This document shows, piece after piece, positions 9,533 to 20,092 of a stretch of DNA of 64,000 nucleotides. The notes under the pieces were generated by a model. It was given only the letters and a program-made list of their open reading frames with translations. It ran no database searches and was not told where the DNA came from. Every line of letters begins with the position of its first letter. Position 1 is the stretch's first letter. Both the position numbers and the translations under genes were made by a program. Source of the DNA: an uncultured virus (IMG/VR IMGVR_UViG_3300011547_000001) (taxonomy: Duplodnaviria; Heunggongvirae; Uroviricota; Caudoviricetes); IMG/VR virus record IMGVR_UViG_3300011547_000001; one strand, 5' to 3'.

Positions 9533-11251
9533 TTACTTCAGTAAGTCGGAGTGGACTTTTTTCATGAACTCGTGTCCGTCCGACGCCCGCTTGAGGATTG
9601 TCACCTGGGTAAGGATAAAAAAACTCATGATCGCGTTGATCGGGGTGTAACCACGAACGTGGTCCAGGGTCTTGTGAGGATCCAGGTGATCACCGCTGTT
9701 CTGCTGGCATTTCGGGCAGGTGTAGTTCTGGATGCCGGTGAAGGTGCGGGACATGAACGGTGTCTTGTTCAGCACGAACTTCGTCAGACCGGTGTTCAGG
9801 TCATCGTGGTCCAGGATGATCCCGTACACGCCTTCATCGAACTCACCCTTGTCGACGTCTTCGTCCCAGCGGTTGAACACTTCGTCCGGCTCACCAGAAC
9901 CAGGAGCCCCCAGGCGGGTGTAGCTCGCCACCCAGTGGATGTATTCGGTCGCACCCATGTTGGCGTAGACCAGACCCACTTGAGCATCGAACTCCTTCGG
10001 ATCCACCACCTTGCTGCGGATATCCGAAATCTCGGCGTTCACCTGCGAGATGAAATACTCGAAGGCACCGAACGCTTCAGCCAGGGTAGGCGGGGCGATG
10101 GTCAGGTACATGGTCTTGTCCGCGTTGTACACGCGGTTGGACTCCAGACCGTAGGTCGACTTGCGGCGATACTCATCGCACTCCGCAGCGGTCAGTTTCA
10201 CACGACCGTTGAAGATGTTGTTGAGCAGAGCGCCTTCGGCTGCGTCGATGATATCCCAACGAACCTGGGTCAGGGTCGACGGATCAACGAGACCGAACTC
10301 GCTCCAGTCGCACTTCATGTTCAGACAGCGCAGGTGCAGGTTCACGCCCTGGGTGTTGAACGATTCCAGCAGTGCGTTCACCAGGGTTTCGAAGTCAGTG
10401 ACCGAGATGTGATTGATCAGGTCGCTGAAATCGGTGATGTCACTCACGCTGCACGAGCGGATGTACTTCACCATGAAGTTCCAGATGGCTTGAGTTGCAG
10501 CCATTTGGGCGATTACGGCGGAGTTGTGGTTTACGCGACGCACATAACCGACGATGGTGCGACGGATATCGTTGATCAGGCCGCCGGCCAGCGTGCGGTT
10601 CGGACGCTCGAAGTTGACCTTGATGTACGAGTCACGCAGCAGAACGTCCCACTTCAGCTTGTCATCGTTGGACGACGCGGCAGCGCGACGCATGCGCTCG
10701 GAACGGCGGAGCTGGATGTCGATGTTCTTGCCAGGGACTTGACCGACGATGTCACCGGTAATGAAGCCACCGCGGTCGTGCACGTTGGAGATGTTCTCTT
10801 CACGCAGCATCTTCGCCGGGATCTTGACTTCGTCCTGGATCTCGCTGATGTAGTTGTATACATCAACGGCCAGGGCTTCCATCTCGTCCTTGGTGCGACC
10901 GGGGTGTTCTTTCTCGACGTACTCGCTCCAGGTCGCTTCGGCCGCTGCCAGTTGGCTTTCTTCAGCCAGATCTTCGCCGAACAGTTCGCGGGTGTTGGTG
11001 ACCGCCAGCCAACGACGGATCAGATCACGCGCATTGACGATGTCGGCCTTGGAGTTACCCAGGAAGATCTTCAGGGCAGAACCGGAAGTGCGTTCTTCCT
11101 CGGTGAGGATTCGCTTGAAGACGCCAACCGGTTCCTTCCGGTCCTTGACCGTGGTGTTTTCGGCGGTGTGTTCTTCGCTGACAGTGGCTTTACGGACAGG
11201 CTCTGGAACGGGTTGTTCCTTGCTGCCTTCCAGGAATTCATTTTCAGACAT
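9533..11251 (-). CDS. CxxC-containing protein, candidate tail/baseplate-hub assembly chaperone
   Basis: 572 aa with CLNMKC and CPKC. Near the C-terminus, PINAIMSFF is encoded over a slippery T7 run. Confidence 0.6.
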   Translation of the reverse strand: MSENEFLEGSKEQPVPEPVRKATVSEEHTAENTTVKDRKEPVGVFKRILTEEERTSGSALKIFLGNSKADIVNARDLIRRWLAVTNTRELFGEDLAEESQLAAAEATWSEYVEKEHPGRTKDEMEALAVDVYNYISEIQDEVKIPAKMLREENISNVHDRGGFITGDIVGQVPGKNIDIQLRRSERMRRAAASSNDDKLKWDVLLRDSYIKVNFERPNRTLAGGLINDIRRTIVGYVRRVNHNSAVIAQMAATQAIWNFMVKYIRSCSVSDITDFSDLINHISVTDFETLVNALLESFNTQGVNLHLRCLNMKCDWSEFGLVDPSTLTQVRWDIIDAAEGALLNNIFNGRVKLTAAECDEYRRKSTYGLESNRVYNADKTMYLTIAPPTLAEAFGAFEYFISQVNAEISDIRSKVVDPKEFDAQVGLVYANMGATEYIHWVASYTRLGAPGSGEPDEVFNRWDEDVDKGEFDEGVYGIILDHDDLNTGLTKFVLNKTPFMSRTFTGIQNYTCPKCQQNSGDHLDPHKTLDHVRGYTPINAIMSFFILTQVTILKRASDGHEFMKKVHSDLLK

Positions 11252-12050
11252 TGGCTGGATCCTTCATGGTTGGGGCTGCGCTGATATCTTTGGCGAGGTC
11301 GATGGCGTCGTCGGCATCGAAGTCATTGTCTTCCACCAGGCCGTCCGGTTGCAACGGCGCGGTCATATCCTTGTGGATGAGTTCTTGGGTACGGTACTTC
11401 GGACCAACGGTCTCCATGCGCTTCTCATGGAGACGAACCGACAGACCTTCCTGGCTCTCGCCTTCGAGGCGGTGTTCTTTGACGTACTGATCGACCGCCG
11501 CCTGATTAGGCTTGAGCAGCAAGCTGTGCATGTCGGGGATCTGAATGGTGGACAGTTCCGCCATGGTGTTCGGGTAGTCGGTGTAGATCTCGATGTAGTC
11601 GAACGGCTTCTTGCCGGCATCGATGAGGTCGTAGATCGCGTTGATGTTCTCGACGATGCGTACGACGTTACGGTCGAAGTTCTCGATGAGATCGATTTGT
11701 TCGGCATCCAGCGTGAAGCGTTTCTCGAGCACCAGGTCGGAAACGATCTCCAGACTGCCGTGGGTGACGGCAAACACGGGGATCATTTTGTGCATGCCCT
11801 GGATGACGTTGAGGTTGGTCAGCTTCTTGGCGTGCTTGCTGGCCGCGCCTTGCTTGCGCAGGTCTTCAGCCACCTCGGCAATACCTTTGGTGGCTACCTC
11901 CAGAGCCAGGTCCTTGCCCGCCTGGTTGCGACGCTCGCGTACCTTGTCCAGTTGTTTCTCTTTGGCCTGGTAAGCCTGAGCACGAACATTCTGTTCGCGT
12001 TTTTTGGACTTGGCTGCTTTGCGCTTCTGGGCACTCTGGTTTTTGGACAT
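11244..12050 (-). CDS. Hypothetical protein with a basic N-terminus
   Basis: 268 aa; the stop overlaps the start of the next gene. Confidence 0.75.
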   Translation of the reverse strand: MSKNQSAQKRKAAKSKKREQNVRAQAYQAKEKQLDKVRERRNQAGKDLALEVATKGIAEVAEDLRKQGAASKHAKKLTNLNVIQGMHKMIPVFAVTHGSLEIVSDLVLEKRFTLDAEQIDLIENFDRNVVRIVENINAIYDLIDAGKKPFDYIEIYTDYPNTMAELSTIQIPDMHSLLLKPNQAAVDQYVKEHRLEGESQEGLSVRLHEKRMETVGPKYRTQELIHKDMTAPLQPDGLVEDNDFDADDAIDLAKDISAAPTMKDPANV

Positions 12051-12086
12051 GCTATGTTCCCTTTATTGGATAGCGGAGATATTCCG

Positions 12087-13052
12087 ATGCTTATTGAAAA
12101 AGATGAAGCCATACTGCTGGAAGATGACGATGATCTGGCTGAAGGGCTCATCGGAGGTATCTGGACCTCCTTCAAACAATCGATCCCCGAAGCTCAGGCT
12201 AAAGTATTGGTCACCGGGTTCAATTTAATTATCCTGGGTGACCCTGAACAGACCAGTCAGGACTTAGAAGAAATCGACGGAGTCCTGGGAAATAAAACGG
12301 AGTCCCTCCTCCCGGGTATGATCACCAACGTGTTGGTAGACGAGTCAATTACCGTCGCTCAACAGAAGATGGTCGTATACGAGTTGATAACCAACAATAT
12401 AATCGAAACGCTAGTGAGGCTTGGTTTCATCTTGAACGATGATAACCTGAATCACGAGAAGTTGCAGGAGATGTGCGAGATCGTTTCGTTCTTCTACGAG
12501 ATGGATTCGTACGAAGACCTCATCGGTATTGCTGACCTGTTGGAGTCGTCTGACATCGCGCCAGTGGACCGTTTCCTGATGGCCATGCAGAAGTATCTGG
12601 GTGAAGATGCCGACCTTACCGTCCACGAGCTTCTGTTGCTCGATGTAAGCGAGGTTACGCTCAAGGTAATACGTGACAACCTGGTCTTCGGGGAAATCAC
12701 TGAGGCGATGCCTGAGACGCTCATACAGCGTGTTCGCGATAACGTCGAAACCATCAAAGGCACCTGTGCGTATGACCACATCATCAACAACGGTCAGCCA
12801 GGTAGCGCGGTCGACGTTTACGTCAGCTTCTTCGCGCCTCAGCTTAAACCGATGCTGGATGCAGGGACCTCTGAATCCTCCCTTCAGTACTGTAAGGAAA
12901 TGATCGGTATCTTCCTGATCAGCGAGGTAAACAGCCCTCGTCTGAAGGAGGAACTGCTGGAGTTCCTTTACACCATGATCAACGACCATATGGTCCTCAA
13001 CCGTGTGGAGACCGCAGTCAACGCACTGGTACTCAAACATGAACAAGCTTGA
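12087..13052 (+). CDS. Hypothetical acidic protein upstream of the virion RNAP subunit
   Basis: ATG at 12087 after GCGGAG. The upstream part of the 732-aa ORF is an antisense shadow. It overlaps the next gene. Confidence 0.7.
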   Translation: MLIEKDEAILLEDDDDLAEGLIGGIWTSFKQSIPEAQAKVLVTGFNLIILGDPEQTSQDLEEIDGVLGNKTESLLPGMITNVLVDESITVAQQKMVVYELITNNIIETLVRLGFILNDDNLNHEKLQEMCEIVSFFYEMDSYEDLIGIADLLESSDIAPVDRFLMAMQKYLGEDADLTVHELLLLDVSEVTLKVIRDNLVFGEITEAMPETLIQRVRDNVETIKGTCAYDHIINNGQPGSAVDVYVSFFAPQLKPMLDAGTSESSLQYCKEMIGIFLISEVNSPRLKEELLEFLYTMINDHMVLNRVETAVNALVLKHEQA

Positions 13053-14343
13053 TTACCTCAAGTTCTTCTTTGAGAACAAGATCTACGAATCCAAGGCAGC
13101 CATTCAGGCTATCTTGGCAATCCAGTTCGAAGATCCTGAATCCTCGGGCATCTTCAAAGAACACCCTGGTGCGGTGTTCGTAGAGAATGGCAAGTTCAAC
13201 TACATCAGTGGGACGTTGATCGAAATTGCAGGGGACGTTAACGACGCCTTCGTCTACATGGACACCGTCTTTGACTTCCCTGGCGATTTCCACCCGATGT
13301 TGAAAGGAAACGCCATCAAGTCCACCTTTGGGCTGATGCTGTTCAACATCGTTCTCTTCTGGGAACCCTTCGGTGGTAAAGTTGACTACGTTAATAAGTC
13401 CTTTGCCAACAAGAAGATGATGGAGGGAATCCTCAGCAAGTTGATGGTGGACAACCCAGCGCCGGGTGAGGAAGTTCCTGAGGGTAAAGCGTCGGTTGAT
13501 GACTGCTTGAAGTTCAGCAGTAACTGTCAGTTCCTCCATGGGCTCAGTAACTGGTTTGTTAAGCCAGGTGGTGTTGACACACTTACGCTCAGTCCGGCCA
13601 TCCTCAAGCGTAAAGAAGAGTTGCTGGCTGAACTCAGGGAAAGCGGCAAGATCAATGATCCCGTTGCCTTTACTGAGATGTTGACGAAACTGGTCGACAT
13701 GGACCGTAAGGAACAACTCAGCGGTCCAAGCCGTAACTTCTACATTGCCGACAAGTACATCAGCACTGCGCGTAAGCGTATGTTCCTGGCGTTCGGTATT
13801 GAGCAGAACGCAACGGGCGATGGCTGGGTGGCATTGCCTAGATCTCTTGACGAAGGCATTGACCCCGAGCAAGTTGTTAACTACATCAACACTGCTGTGG
13901 CGGGTGCGTACAGCCGCTCCATGGCAACCGGTGAGGGTGGTAGTCGGGTTAAGGACACCCTACAGCTCATTGGCCGAAGCATTCGTAATGGCGACGACTG
14001 CGGGACTCCTATTGGCGAGGAGATCATCCTGACGAAGTCTACTGCACAACGTTGGGTGGGTGGCTTCTTCATTACTGGTAAGGGTAAGGCCGAGCAGATC
14101 ACCGCTGAGAACGCGGCAAGTTTCATTGGTAAGACGCTTATCATGCGGGTTCCTCAGTTCTGTGGGCAGGTCGATAACAACTTCTGCCTGAAGTGCCTGG
14201 GTGCTGGTTTGGGTGCTAACGCTAACCGCCTCAGTGCTGAACTGGCCCGTGTTCCAACGGAAGCCATGCTGACGCGTATGAAGGCTCACCACCAAGCGGG
14301 CCTGGATACCGTCATCATCGATTTGAATGCAGCCGTGAAATAA
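13039..14343 (+). CDS. Virion RNA polymerase beta-prime-like subunit (phiKZ gp80-like)
   Basis: Bridge-helix-like YSRSMATGEGG, DDCGT, RVPQFC and CLKCLG zinc ligands, trigger-loop-like MLTRMKAHH. Confidence 0.8.
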   Translation: MNKLDYLKFFFENKIYESKAAIQAILAIQFEDPESSGIFKEHPGAVFVENGKFNYISGTLIEIAGDVNDAFVYMDTVFDFPGDFHPMLKGNAIKSTFGLMLFNIVLFWEPFGGKVDYVNKSFANKKMMEGILSKLMVDNPAPGEEVPEGKASVDDCLKFSSNCQFLHGLSNWFVKPGGVDTLTLSPAILKRKEELLAELRESGKINDPVAFTEMLTKLVDMDRKEQLSGPSRNFYIADKYISTARKRMFLAFGIEQNATGDGWVALPRSLDEGIDPEQVVNYINTAVAGAYSRSMATGEGGSRVKDTLQLIGRSIRNGDDCGTPIGEEIILTKSTAQRWVGGFFITGKGKAEQITAENAASFIGKTLIMRVPQFCGQVDNNFCLKCLGAGLGANANRLSAELARVPTEAMLTRMKAHHQAGLDTVIIDLNAAVK

Positions 14344-14353
14344 AGAAATCCCA

Positions 14354-14395
14354 CTATAACCCCTCCAGCCCTTTACGGGGCTGGAGGGGTTATAG
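14354..14395. terminator. 18-bp hairpin between convergent genes
   Basis: ctataacccctccagccc / gggctggaggggttatag. Confidence 0.8.
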
Positions 14396-14399
14396 GAGG

Positions 14400-14900
14400 T
14401 TAAATAGACATTGCAAAGAGGCTGTTATCAACAACGTCAAAGAAAACCCTGGACTTGGACTCTTTACTGAATCCTTTTAGATGATACGACGTAAACGCCG
14501 TATGCTGCGAGTTAGATGGATTCTCCAGCACTTGCTGAATCATCATCAAATCTAACGGATTATTACCCGCTTGCAGCGCAGCCATGGACTCGCTCAACTT
14601 GTAACACACAACAGCGTGCTCAGGAGAGTTTTCGTCGTAGGCTTCATCATCTTTGAGGACGCCGTCTTGTCGTGCTCGCTCGGTCAATACATCCAACAGA
14701 TAGAGCACTGAGTCCGCGAACTCACTTTCGGGGTGATCGCAATAGAACGCTGGATCGTCGATGATGTCGAACGATTCGTTTGGGTTCTTGACAACGTTGA
14801 TAATCGCCTCCAGTAACACTATGGAAAGGAACTCTTCCGAGATATCCGAATAGAGTTCGTCTTTCCGATCCGCGTCAATGCAGACAAAGAACGTTGTCAT
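14400..14900 (-). CDS. Hypothetical acidic protein
   Basis: 166 aa, ATGA-coupled to the upstream gene. Confidence 0.7.
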   Translation of the reverse strand: MTTFFVCIDADRKDELYSDISEEFLSIVLLEAIINVVKNPNESFDIIDDPAFYCDHPESEFADSVLYLLDVLTERARQDGVLKDDEAYDENSPEHAVVCYKLSESMAALQAGNNPLDLMMIQQVLENPSNSQHTAFTSYHLKGFSKESKSRVFFDVVDNSLFAMSI

Positions 14901-15265
14901 TTATCCGTCTCGATCGTCATGTGGATGCCAGTGAGGGTCATGCTGAAGATACTGAACGTCTTGCCGACGTGGTCCTTCAGCAGCAGGATGGCGTCACGGT
15001 AGGTCGGGGTTTCGCTTTCGAATTTCTCGAAAGCTTCGATCACGGCCTTGCCGACTTCTTCGTAGAAGCTCTTGACCATCTTCTCGTCGTCGGCGTTGAT
15101 GGTGTGCGGGAGGACCAGGTACTTCTTCACGAGGTCGAAAATGTCGTCCTTGAAGGGCGTCTCCATCATGATGGAACGGATACGTTCCTGGATCAACTTT
15201 TGCACGATGTAGTAGTGCGAGCAGTTTTCAATGCCTGGCGTTGGAATGAAAAGCGAACTGGTCAT
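14897..15265 (-). CDS. Hypothetical protein
   Basis: 122 aa, in an operon with overlapping neighbours. Confidence 0.7.
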   Translation of the reverse strand: MTSSLFIPTPGIENCSHYYIVQKLIQERIRSIMMETPFKDDIFDLVKKYLVLPHTINADDEKMVKSFYEEVGKAVIEAFEKFESETPTYRDAILLLKDHVGKTFSIFSMTLTGIHMTIETDK

Positions 15266-15686
15266 TATTAAGCCCTTCGATCAAAAGGAAGACGTGGTTA
15301 AGTGTTACGGCCAATACTTCAATGTTGCTTACTGCGATGTCGCGGTAAATCTCGTGAATGATATCCCGGTTATCCTTGATGATCTCACTCAAATGATCAT
15401 AGGAACACGACGAGATAAAGTCCTTATCGGCCAATCCGTCGCGATAACCTAGAGCCGGTTCCGGTGAAACGTAGTAACCCTCATCGTCGTGGAGTTTGTC
15501 CAGGAGGATCCAGTCGCACCATTTGGTATCGAGTGGAAGATCCGGATCACCTTGATGATAAAGGAAGTCAACGAGCGCCTCCGTAACGGTGTCACGGATA
15601 CACGGACAGAACCAATCGTTAACCCCCAAGTTAGTTGCTTTGAACATTACCGTGGTGATAATGGCCTTTTTCGTTTTCAGAGTCAT
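15228..15686 (-). CDS. Hypothetical protein
   Basis: ATG at 15686 after GAGG, just downstream of the helicase stop. Confidence 0.65.
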   Translation of the reverse strand: MTLKTKKAIITTVMFKATNLGVNDWFCPCIRDTVTEALVDFLYHQGDPDLPLDTKWCDWILLDKLHDDEGYYVSPEPALGYRDGLADKDFISSCSYDHLSEIIKDNRDIIHEIYRDIAVSNIEVLAVTLNHVFLLIEGLNNDQFAFHSNARH

Positions 15687-15712
15687 GCCTGCCTCTTGGG
15701 TTAACTCGCGAC

Positions 15713-18021
15713 TTACGCCGCGAGCGAGCAATGAGAGTCCCACGTCTTGTGCGTTTTGCGCTTGTTGGCAAATGCAACGACGCGTTTCTTATCGCAGTCA
15801 CGATGCTGTTCAATATCCACACAGACTGGATAGACGAACCGAGGGGTAATCCGGCCGTCGAACTTACCACGCAAATCGCGCAGTCGCCCAATGATCTGTT
15901 TGTTCCTTTGAATAGAGAACACAGTGTGAAAACAAACAGTAGTAACCAGTCCAGGAATGTCCTTACCTGTCCCGCAACTACCCGGCGTGGTGATGACGAT
16001 TTCGTGCTCGAGATACTTCGTCGGGTTCTTCTTGTCGAGTGTCCCCAAATAGGTATCAAAATCCATGTCCGGATAACGTTGCTTAAATTTATCCTTCATG
16101 ATCTGGCACATCTTGATCAACGTGAAGAAGTAGAGACACTTAGTCCCAGGCTCCCGCACATCCAAGTAGAACTCCTTGAACGCCTTGTCGGCAATCTCAA
16201 AGTAATAGTTCGTCAACATTGGAGAGTTCAAGATGCACGTTTCGTACACGATGTCGCTGTAACCGCCCATCTGCTTCGTCTTGATCTTGAACCGCTGGAG
16301 ATCCAGCTGGTACAGATACGCAAACGTATCGATATAGTTCTCTGCCTCAGCCTCTTTAAGCCGCATGTGAATCGGCAGCATGGCTTTGTACATCTTGTTC
16401 ATGAACAGGTCATCAGAGATGAGTGTTGCGGACAAGAGCAGGAACTTCTCAACGTTACCATAAAGCATGCTGACGCACACCTCGTGGAACGATTCATGGC
16501 CTTCGTCGATAATGCGGAACCCAGGCTGAATCTTGCGCATGATCTCGTCGAGGCACATGGCATCTGGATCGTTTTTGGTGTTCCTCAGGTAACCGGAAAT
16601 CCTCGTGGTAGGCAGAATGATGATCTTCGGGTCGATCCTGCCAGATTCGATTGCTTCTGCCAGCAACGGCAGTCCCATTTCCCACACGACCACATCCCCT
16701 TCTTCCATCTCCAATTGCTTGTCGATGTCATTCAGCCAGGTCGTGATGTAACGAGGCTGGATGGTGATGATGGTGCGCATGCCCAGCATGACCATGGTGT
16801 ACAGGGACATGTAAGTGTTGTGGGTGACGACGTAATCTTTGATCACGTAGAGCCGGCTTTCGTGCGCAACGGAAATGCACTTGGTCTTGGCGCGGTAACT
16901 CTGAGCGACACTGACGATCTTTAACGACAGATCATCGAACGTCATTCCTACCAGCTCATTGACCTTCTCGTCGAGCGTAAACAGTGACGCCGGGTCTTTG
17001 TGCCGAATAACGACTTTGTGCGCATGTTCTTTGCCCGCGCGGTATGCAATTCCACCCAGGGACCAGACCAGTCGCTGGACGGTTTCGGCACTTCTGCGAT
17101 ACGGAGTGGAATACTCGATTGAACCATCGAGCTTAGGCTGAGCGCCGCGGTCAAGAAGCCCGCGGAGAAGGGCGAGCCGTTGACGATGAGAACCTTCAAG
17201 GTATTTATCTCCCAGGATGCGATCAGTCCAGCCGATCAGGTAGGGTTCGACGATGTCAGCACGATCGGGCTGCTGTTCGGATTCCGTGAGTGGCACGTAC
17301 CAGTTGCCGTCGTCAGGATCCGTGTCCTGAATACGGGCACTGTTAACCGTCTCCCATTTACCACCGACACCCAGCTTAGCTTGCCAGAGATGCTCAGGGC
17401 ACGTAACAGCCGTTCTGCCGTCTTCAAACGTCACACGCAGTGTAGGAGTCACCCCTTGCGGATAAACGCCTGTAACGGCCGTATACGAGCCGTCAGGGGC
17501 CATCACATGATCGCCTACCTGGATTTCCCCCATGTTCTTCCAACCACCCGGTACACGGATGGGGGTATCTTCGGTTAACGCCTTGCCTTGACCTGTGGCT
17601 GCGTTGTTGACTTTAATCGGGCGTGGGTCTAACTGATAGTTGATCCACTCCACCTGGTCTTCACNNNNNNNNNNGGAGTCTCAAACGCCTTCTTCAATTT
17701 GAAGGTGCAGCGCTTCCCCTGAATAACAGGTTCATCCACGATCTCAATCCTGGATGAGTTGTAACCTTTGTAAGCCGCTGCCTCCAGGAATTCTTTCAGC
17801 AGACTAGCAGGGATTCGGTATTCGGTTTGGTCGTGGTTAGACCGAGCGAACACATGAGACGGTTTCCAAATAGACCGGTTAGATCCTGGAATCCTTTCTC
17901 GTTTCATTTTGTACAAATGGGCTCTACAAAAGGGACGGATTACCTTGTCTTTAAATTCCCCGTAGAACCCGAATATGCGCAAGTAGTTGTGCGCTTTACT
18001 TATCGTGGCCGTACATCGCAT
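15713..18021 (-). CDS. Superfamily 2 (DExH) helicase with intein (phiKZ gp75-like), N gap near the 5' end
   Basis: Walker A ATGQGK|T split by the intein, IIDEGH, LLSAT, QIIGRLR. ORFs 17629-18021 and 15713-17653 join across the gap. Confidence 0.85.
16817..17581 (-). mobile_element. Intein (255 aa, Ala1, class-3-type W-C-T signature, degenerate LAGLIDADG) in the helicase Walker A motif
   Basis: GK|ALTEDTP ... TCPEHLW ... KTKCISV ... VVTHN|T. Confidence 0.9.
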
Positions 18022-18079
18022 AGCCCAACCTCTTGCCTATTAGGGGGACCGAAGCCCCCCTTTAGAGGGGGACCCGGTG

Positions 18080-20092
18080 TTAGGAGACGCCGTGCTGGAA
18101 GAAGCATTCAAGCGGACTTGGCTGCCGATCTTTTACCATCATGGTCCTTGGGTTGTTCAACACGTTCTGCTGCTTCTCGAACATCATGAGGCCACCGCCA
18201 CCACGATTCTCGATACAACTGATGAAGCTAGCAAAGTATTTCTCACCAGGGCCGTTCGCCAGCTTATACGACAGCTTGGCTGGATCCTTGGTAAGTGCAC
18301 ATGCGAGAATGGTCTCGATGTGGATAATGTTGATACCCTTGGTTTCGTGGTTGATCAGCGTCCAGAATTCGCCCACTACCTCGCCAAAGATCTTCGGGGT
18401 AACGGACTGTTTCCGCCAGGCGTTGTTACGCTTGTTGAACGTCAGGAAGTTTTCTACACGACTGCGGTGAGCGTCGAGATCTTCACGGGTGTACGGGAGC
18501 ACGAAGATCGGCTCCAAGAAGTTCCACTCCGAGAGGTCAACCGAAATGAATCGTTTGTCCTCAACGGTCCAGCCTTTCTCCAGGACATACCGCAGGAAGC
18601 CCATAGAAAAGCGTGCGTGGCGAGAAGATACCGACGTCACAGCAGGATGCTGTTGGGTAGTAGTACCACCCATCATGACGTCTTCAATTTCGTACTTGAA
18701 CGTAACCTCCGAGAAGTACGGTAGGTTGTCCAACGAAACTTCATCCAGCGCATCGAGCGATTTGAGGTCTGCCAATTCCTTGGCAATACCAGCCCTCAGC
18801 ACCATCTGTGTTCCTTCTCGACAGATGTCTTTCGTCAGGAAGATTTCATCCCCGTTCGACGAAATGATGTCCTTATCCCGATTGTGCGGTACGAACTTCT
18901 TCGCAGTCGCATTTCGGATAAAGTGCTTGGTACTCAGCATCTTTTGACCCAGTGGGTTACAGATGGTGGTACCGGAGTACATCCCCACGTTTGCGTCGCG
19001 ACGCATCATCGTGTTATATGGGATGTGGGCTTTCATCGCACCGTAACATCTACCACACGGCGCTCCGCTCTTCCCATTTCGACAGAACGAGACACTTCGA
19101 ACGGATACAACATCACCCGCTTTGAGTAGCTTGGCGGCCTTGGCGTCGATCAACGCAGTCGAACCGTCCTCCAACTGACGGTACTTGCCCATGAGCGCAG
19201 CAGCCATCTCAGCGCAGGTCACACGGATAGGTACAACGTCCGTGCTACCGCAGTCGGTTTGGTGATCGATCGAATGGAGTACTGCCCCGAAGATGTGAAT
19301 CTTGCGGTGGAACCATTCAGAGTCTTTCAGTGCCTTACCGTTAGAGATGAGCGACTTACCAGAGCCCCGGCTGTCCCCCAATGAGTCAGCCAGGTTAACA
19401 ATGCCCTCGGCGTAGTTACTTCGAATGGCGTTGGGTTGGATCTGGTTACCGAGGTCGAATACCTTACCTCGGATGCCGGCCGTTTGATACGCCTGGTTGA
19501 TACTCACACCACCCGTACGGGCCAACAGTGCCACGGTATTGTTGTTCAGGCTTGGCGCCGTCTTGATGTAATCGCTGAACAGCACTTCGCCTTCGTCGAT
19601 ACTGATTTCTTCGTTGAGTACCTTCTCACGGATCTCAACGATACCAGGGTCATCGACCAGCTCTACCACGGACTCAGCCTGAGCTGAAACAATAGATCGT
19701 TCCGTCATGACCACGATCATGTTGTTCAGCTTGGTCTGCCAGTTGTAGACCATTACCTTGATGTAGTCGTTCTCGACTGGATCGTCGATGTGAGGCATGA
19801 CCTCACCAAGGATGTAGTCAACCGGAGTCGCCAGGGTCTTGTCGTTGTAGACAATATCCCGGCCAGTGCCGTCGTACGCGGAAGGAACCAGCTCTTTGAT
19901 CGAGTACGGGACGTCATTGTAGCGCCGATGCACGATCAAGCCTTGCCAAGTCAACATCAAGGCATAGGTGTCAGTGAGGGCCTTTTCGCCGAAGTCGTCC
20001 ACAACCTCGGCAGCCGCCCTGAACCCACGCCATCGTAACACCTGTGCTTCCGTGAGGTTTGCGAAGTCTCGTAAGTTCACCATCATCGTCAT
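18080..20092 (-). CDS. Non-virion RNA polymerase beta-prime C-terminal subunit (phiKZ gp74-like)
   Basis: TDCGS, RSVSFC, PCGRCYG, LGQKMLSTKH, IHIETIL. Confidence 0.85.
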   Translation of the reverse strand: MTMMVNLRDFANLTEAQVLRWRGFRAAAEVVDDFGEKALTDTYALMLTWQGLIVHRRYNDVPYSIKELVPSAYDGTGRDIVYNDKTLATPVDYILGEVMPHIDDPVENDYIKVMVYNWQTKLNNMIVVMTERSIVSAQAESVVELVDDPGIVEIREKVLNEEISIDEGEVLFSDYIKTAPSLNNNTVALLARTGGVSINQAYQTAGIRGKVFDLGNQIQPNAIRSNYAEGIVNLADSLGDSRGSGKSLISNGKALKDSEWFHRKIHIFGAVLHSIDHQTDCGSTDVVPIRVTCAEMAAALMGKYRQLEDGSTALIDAKAAKLLKAGDVVSVRSVSFCRNGKSGAPCGRCYGAMKAHIPYNTMMRRDANVGMYSGTTICNPLGQKMLSTKHFIRNATAKKFVPHNRDKDIISSNGDEIFLTKDICREGTQMVLRAGIAKELADLKSLDALDEVSLDNLPYFSEVTFKYEIEDVMMGGTTTQQHPAVTSVSSRHARFSMGFLRYVLEKGWTVEDKRFISVDLSEWNFLEPIFVLPYTREDLDAHRSRVENFLTFNKRNNAWRKQSVTPKIFGEVVGEFWTLINHETKGINIIHIETILACALTKDPAKLSYKLANGPGEKYFASFISCIENRGGGGLMMFEKQQNVLNNPRTMMVKDRQPSPLECFFQHGVS

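Noticed and set aside
10854..12086. N-terminal 411 aa of the 732-aa plus-strand ORF
   Set aside because: It is antisense to two real genes. A good RBS and ATG lie at 12087.
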